Source of the DNA: Lytechinus pictus
Lineage: Eukaryota
Direction of reading: 5' to 3'
NCBI RefSeq assembly: GCF_037042905.1
Contig: NC_087252.1
Span: 18,726,001 to 18,790,000, forward strand
Length of the DNA: 64,000 bases
In this document: positions 63,051 to 64,000 of the stretch, piece after piece
Layout of the letters: each line of letters starts with the position of its first letter
How positions within the stretch are numbered: position 1 is the first letter of the stretch
Translations under genes and position numbers: made by a program
Notes under the pieces: model-generated
What the model saw: only the letters and a program-made list of their open reading frames with translations
Database searches by the model: none
Told to the model about the DNA's origin: nothing

Positions 63051-63384
63051 AAGATATGCTTTCTGTTTGTTCTTTTTTCCTCATCAATGGATTTTACCTT
63101 GTATATACATTATGTACGTTTGAAAAAATAGATTAATTTTGAATTGACTTTTAAAAAAGAAAGAAAATATTACCTGATTGCTATTTGAGGGTATATTTTA
63201 ACTTCAGGCTGTTGCGCGTACATTGTGTCTATATTTTGTATACAGGGATAATTAAATGTCCATTAAAAACAAAGCATACGCCTGGCAAAATAAAGTATTC
63301 TTATTTATTCGAAAAGCAACGGTACATTTAAAATAAGAGTCAATTATAAATTTTCTTGCCACTTTTATTATTCCTTCACTGCAG

Positions 63385-63683
63385 ATTTCCGTGAACGTAA
63401 GCGTGATGTATCTGACGAATATTTAAAACAAATTTTGTCGCAGATTGGAAAGAAGTCACTTGAGCATATCGCTGAATTTACCAGAGATGTGACCAACACG
63501 GACAAGTTGTCTTCCAGTTCACCCATCAGCATTGAACATAAGGCCATTGATCGCGCACTTCCTGTACTACATCAATGGATGACGCTACCCTTTGCTTTGA
63601 ACCCAATAATCATTTTAAGTTTAGAAGCAGAAAAGTGGTGTGATGAAGATATGGATTTCTTCACAGGACAGGAAAGTGATTGA
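63385..63683 (+). CDS. Host receptor gene terminal coding exon, putative death-fold domain 2
   Basis: Acceptor TTATTCCTTCACTGCAG, phase 1. Encodes DFRERKRDVSDEYLKQILSQIGKKSLEHIAEF...RALPVLHQW...GQESD-stop. Confidence 0.72.
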
Positions 63684-64000
63684 TATTGCTGTACATCTGA
63701 CTGGAGTTACAATACCCTTCCCATTTCATCTTCTGACATGACGATTGCGTCGAATGAAGCCTTTTTGTCTCGCCTGAACGAAGTTCGGTAGAGACCTAGT
63801 AATTACTTTTCCTGTTGGTCTGTTAGTCTGTTTCCGTTGGCCTGTTGGTACGTTAGTCCGTTGGTCAGTTAAAAAAATAAAGGTTTTTGTTTAACATGCT
63901 CTCATTTCTTTATATTTTTTTCAATTATGTTCTTACTTAATACATATGATCCTTGGGTAATACCTCATGTGATTCCATGAGAATTATGTGGTCAAAGGTT

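Overview
AT-rich eukaryotic (metazoan) genomic DNA with no prokaryotic features. The repeat repertoire suggests a marine invertebrate such as an echinoderm, but that is inference. Most of the window is transposable elements. These include one near-intact young Gypsy element (38766-44534; 812-bp LTRs, tRNA-Trp PBS, -1 frameshift signal), one decayed Gypsy (27754-32377), a solo LTR, L2-, CR1-, I- and Tx1-like LINE fragments, two tRNA-derived SINEs and many MITEs. There is also a 12-kb nest of inverted-repeat elements (14475-26503) and a Helentron-like element with a ~152-bp tandem array. Hidden among them, and mostly missed by the ORF track, is a + strand spliced gene. Six phase-1 exons (10240?-10336, 11116-11187, 11923-12024, 51767-51874, 52661-52837, 63385-63683) join in frame into a single-pass membrane protein with an ITIM-like SKYTPV motif and two putative death-fold domains. 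Its extracellular exon appears disrupted. All alignments and domain calls were made by eye and need computational confirmation.
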